Source of the DNA: Balanoglossus misakiensis
Lineage: Eukaryota > Animalia > Hemichordata
Length of the DNA stretch: 64,000 nucleotides
Assembly: GCA_040954595.2 (NCBI GenBank)
Contig: CM082576.2
Span: 18,461,028-18,525,027, forward strand
Direction of reading: 5' to 3'
Below, piece by piece: positions 61,632-64,000 of the stretch (the stretch's first letter is position 1; the number at the start of each line of letters is the position of its first letter). The notes below the pieces were generated by a model. The model was not told the DNA's origin. It made no database searches and saw nothing but the letters and a program-made list of their open reading frames with translations. The translations under genes were made by a program, and so were the position numbers.

Positions 61632-64000
61632 TTTCCTCAACTTCTGACACCATGTGTTGTATTGGAACTCCGTACGCCATGAAGTCTAGTCAACAGAGTG
61701 CCAAAACGAGGCAACTCACTTTATTACCATAAGTCAACATAGAGGGCAGTATTACAGATAGTAATGTACAAGGCATTCAAAGTAACATACATTACAATTA
61801 TGACCGGAAATGATGCAGATGAGGTCCTGGTTCCTATAGAAATAAACAGGTAAGGAGATTGATCAAACATTCTTTATATAACAGTTTACACACAACACCA
61901 ATGGCTAATGTAAGTACTATAATCTTGGACAATTTTTACAATAGAATTTTCCAAAATAAATAAGGATTTGCAAGCTGTTAAAGGGACAAAGTCTCTCTCT
62001 CTCGCTGCCCTTTTCCCATTAATATTATGTTTCATTCAAGACACTGTTTATGTTAATGTACATGTGGATATATACTGAATGAACATTCAACCACACACAC
62101 CTTCCATCCCGCTTGTAGACACGAGAGTGAAAAACCTTGCCAAAATGAACAATCGGTCTCTACCATTTATTCATTTTGGGCGAGTTTTTACTCTCATATA
62201 CAAGCATGGTGGAACTTGTGTGTGGTTGAACGTTCATTCACTACATATACACATGTACATTAACATAAATGGTGTTTTGTATCAAACACAAAAAGAAAAA
62301 GGGCAGCGAGTGAGAGACCTTTTTAGAAAGCCATAAAACATGTGGGATATCCGAGAATAGTTCTATTATTTGTAAAAATGGAGGTTGCTCGTCACAAAAA
62401 ATAACAGAACCTGCTTGACAGAAAAGTTCCATGAAAAAGACAGGGCATGTATAGATGTAATTTTTGATGCTTTGATACTATATTTTAGATTAGTTTTTCC
62501 TGTCCCAAAACACCATGCAATCTGTTGTATTATGTCTGCATATAATCAACAGTAATTGTTATTGAAAAGAAATAAAAGTGTGAGTTAAAATATTTGGGAC
62601 TAAATTGCACTGCAGATACCTTGAAATCATCCTGGGTATCAGAGTTAAAAACTCTATTGCTTCCTCATGTCTCTGCCACAATGCACCTTCTCCTGGCAGC
62701 AAGAAATCTGCAATCCTTTCATAGTGGCTTTGCAGTAGTGTTGGTCGTCGCAGTATTTCGTCCTCAGGGATTACTGTATTCTGACGTTTTGGGAGCTGCT
62801 TTTCAATTTTGCTAATTTCAGATTCTATAATTTGTGATGGATCTCTTTCTTTTGTCATCTCTTCTTCTGCACCTAGACGTATCATGGCATTACCTATGAT
62901 ACCACCTGGACGCTTGGAGGAAGTTGTTTTCGTCACTCTCCGTATTCGATTGAAAACTCGCTCCTGCTTTTCAGCATTTGTTGACCTCAGAGAAACCAAT
63001 CTCAGTTGATCAGGTAGATGGACGGTGATGTTATGGAAATACCGCCCGAACATCTTTCGTTTGGTAAGTTTCTTTGGCTTCTCAAATACCCTTTTGCACA
63101 ATATTCCATGCAAAAATACAGTGTTATACAATCGCAGAATCAGTCGTGGGCATCTGTCATTGTCATGTTTATAAGCAGTTTCGCTTATTTCAGCAAGCGT
63201 GTCAATAAGCTGACCGTGCTCAGTATTTATGTTGTTCTCGTGAAGATACTGGGACACCAGAAGGATAGCTTTGCGTGCATCACATCCCCGAATTTCGTCT
63301 TTACCACCATATGTTGCCTGAATAAAGTTCTGTAACTTTACTGCTTCTTCTTTATCCTTGGTTTGTGCTGGAATTTCTTCTAACACATTGTGGATGTGTC
63401 CCTTCAGGTCATGGAGTGGCTCTGATGGCAAAATTTCATATGCAGAGCAGTTTATTTCAGCAAATTTATATTCTGGAGTGAGATGGAGCAGTGCTGGTAC
63501 TCTCTGCATACCATGTAAAATTTCAGAGAGTTTAGATTGTAAGTCTGGCTTCTTTAATCCTTCAGTTTCTTCACCCCTAGCATCAAGCTCTCTCCTAAGG
63601 TCGGCCACTGTTAAGTTGGCAAATGGATGGGGAGTTTGCCGTGACTTTTCTCTACATATTGGGCTGCCCTTGATTAACAAGTTACGTTTCTCATCTATTG
63701 ACAGATATTTCAGATGGTAACATGCAGACAGATCATCATGTCTTCTTGACTCTATTCCACAGATGCACTGGTAGTGACCTCCTTTCTGGTGCTAATCCTC
63801 AAACTCCTGTGCCGGTCCATCGCCATGAAAAAATCGGTGGACATCTGTGTATTCCCTGGAACCTTCATCGGATGTTATTGGTCCTGTTGCACATTTTAGA
63901 TCTTCTACTCTGGTTTCAACATATGACAGCTGATCAACGTCATTGGAGTTGGATCGTCCCATTATATATAGATGTGGCTTCTCAACAAGCGAGTCAACGT

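Larger units (their letters stand above)
52583..61796 (-). mobile_element. Tandem dimer of a Ty3/Gypsy element: LTR-internal-LTR-internal-LTR
   Basis: Three 144-bp LTRs at 52583-52726, 57118-57261 and 61653-61796; period 4535 bp. A single TSD ATTAT at 52578-52582 and 61797-61801. PBS TGGTGTCAGAAGT (tRNA-Leu type) at 57105-57117 and 61640-61652. PPT aaaaaaggggcg next to the downstream LTRs. Confidence 0.97.
50442..64000 (-). pseudogene. Multi-exon DDE transposase-like gene with SAP domain (CMC/Transib-like motifs), disrupted and running off the window end
   Basis: RFFHGDGPAQEFE...GGHYQCIC at ~63840-63760, SAP-like LTVADLRRELDARG...KKPDLQSKL, EPLHDLKGH, TNAEKQERVFN. Next exon EPGPHLHHFRS|..LQKVQCDINRCW is split by the Gypsy dimer (61802-61834 joins 52582 downward). 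Acidic exon ~52030-51640 and final exon ~50873-50442. Several stops and frameshifts. Confidence 0.6.

Overview
AT-rich, intron-containing animal genomic DNA. A marine invertebrate, probably a deuterostome, is inferred from the gene and transposon types. The first half holds one large + strand ROCO gene (~880-31871) with the architecture ankyrin repeats - ROC GTPase - COR - death domain, i.e. DAPK-like with no kinase domain in the window. Its ankyrin region is the most striking feature. There are 21 near-identical exon+intron cassettes of ~240-270 bp, each encoding exactly one ankyrin repeat in a phase-0 99/102-nt exon. The introns are homogenised, the cassettes form higher-order blocks, and amino-acid variation is concentrated at the ankyrin ligand-binding positions. 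This looks like a shufflable, DARPin-like recognition module on a candidate innate-immune receptor. A young intact Gypsy element sits inside the array. One intron carries a LINE and a 4-kb foldback (Academ-like) element. The last exon has a frameshift. The second half consists of nested mobile DNA: a multi-exon Kolobok-type transposase pseudogene with a complete Sola element in one intron, and a SAP-domain DDE transposase pseudogene interrupted by a tandem 3-LTR Gypsy dimer. All splice models and coordinates were read by eye.
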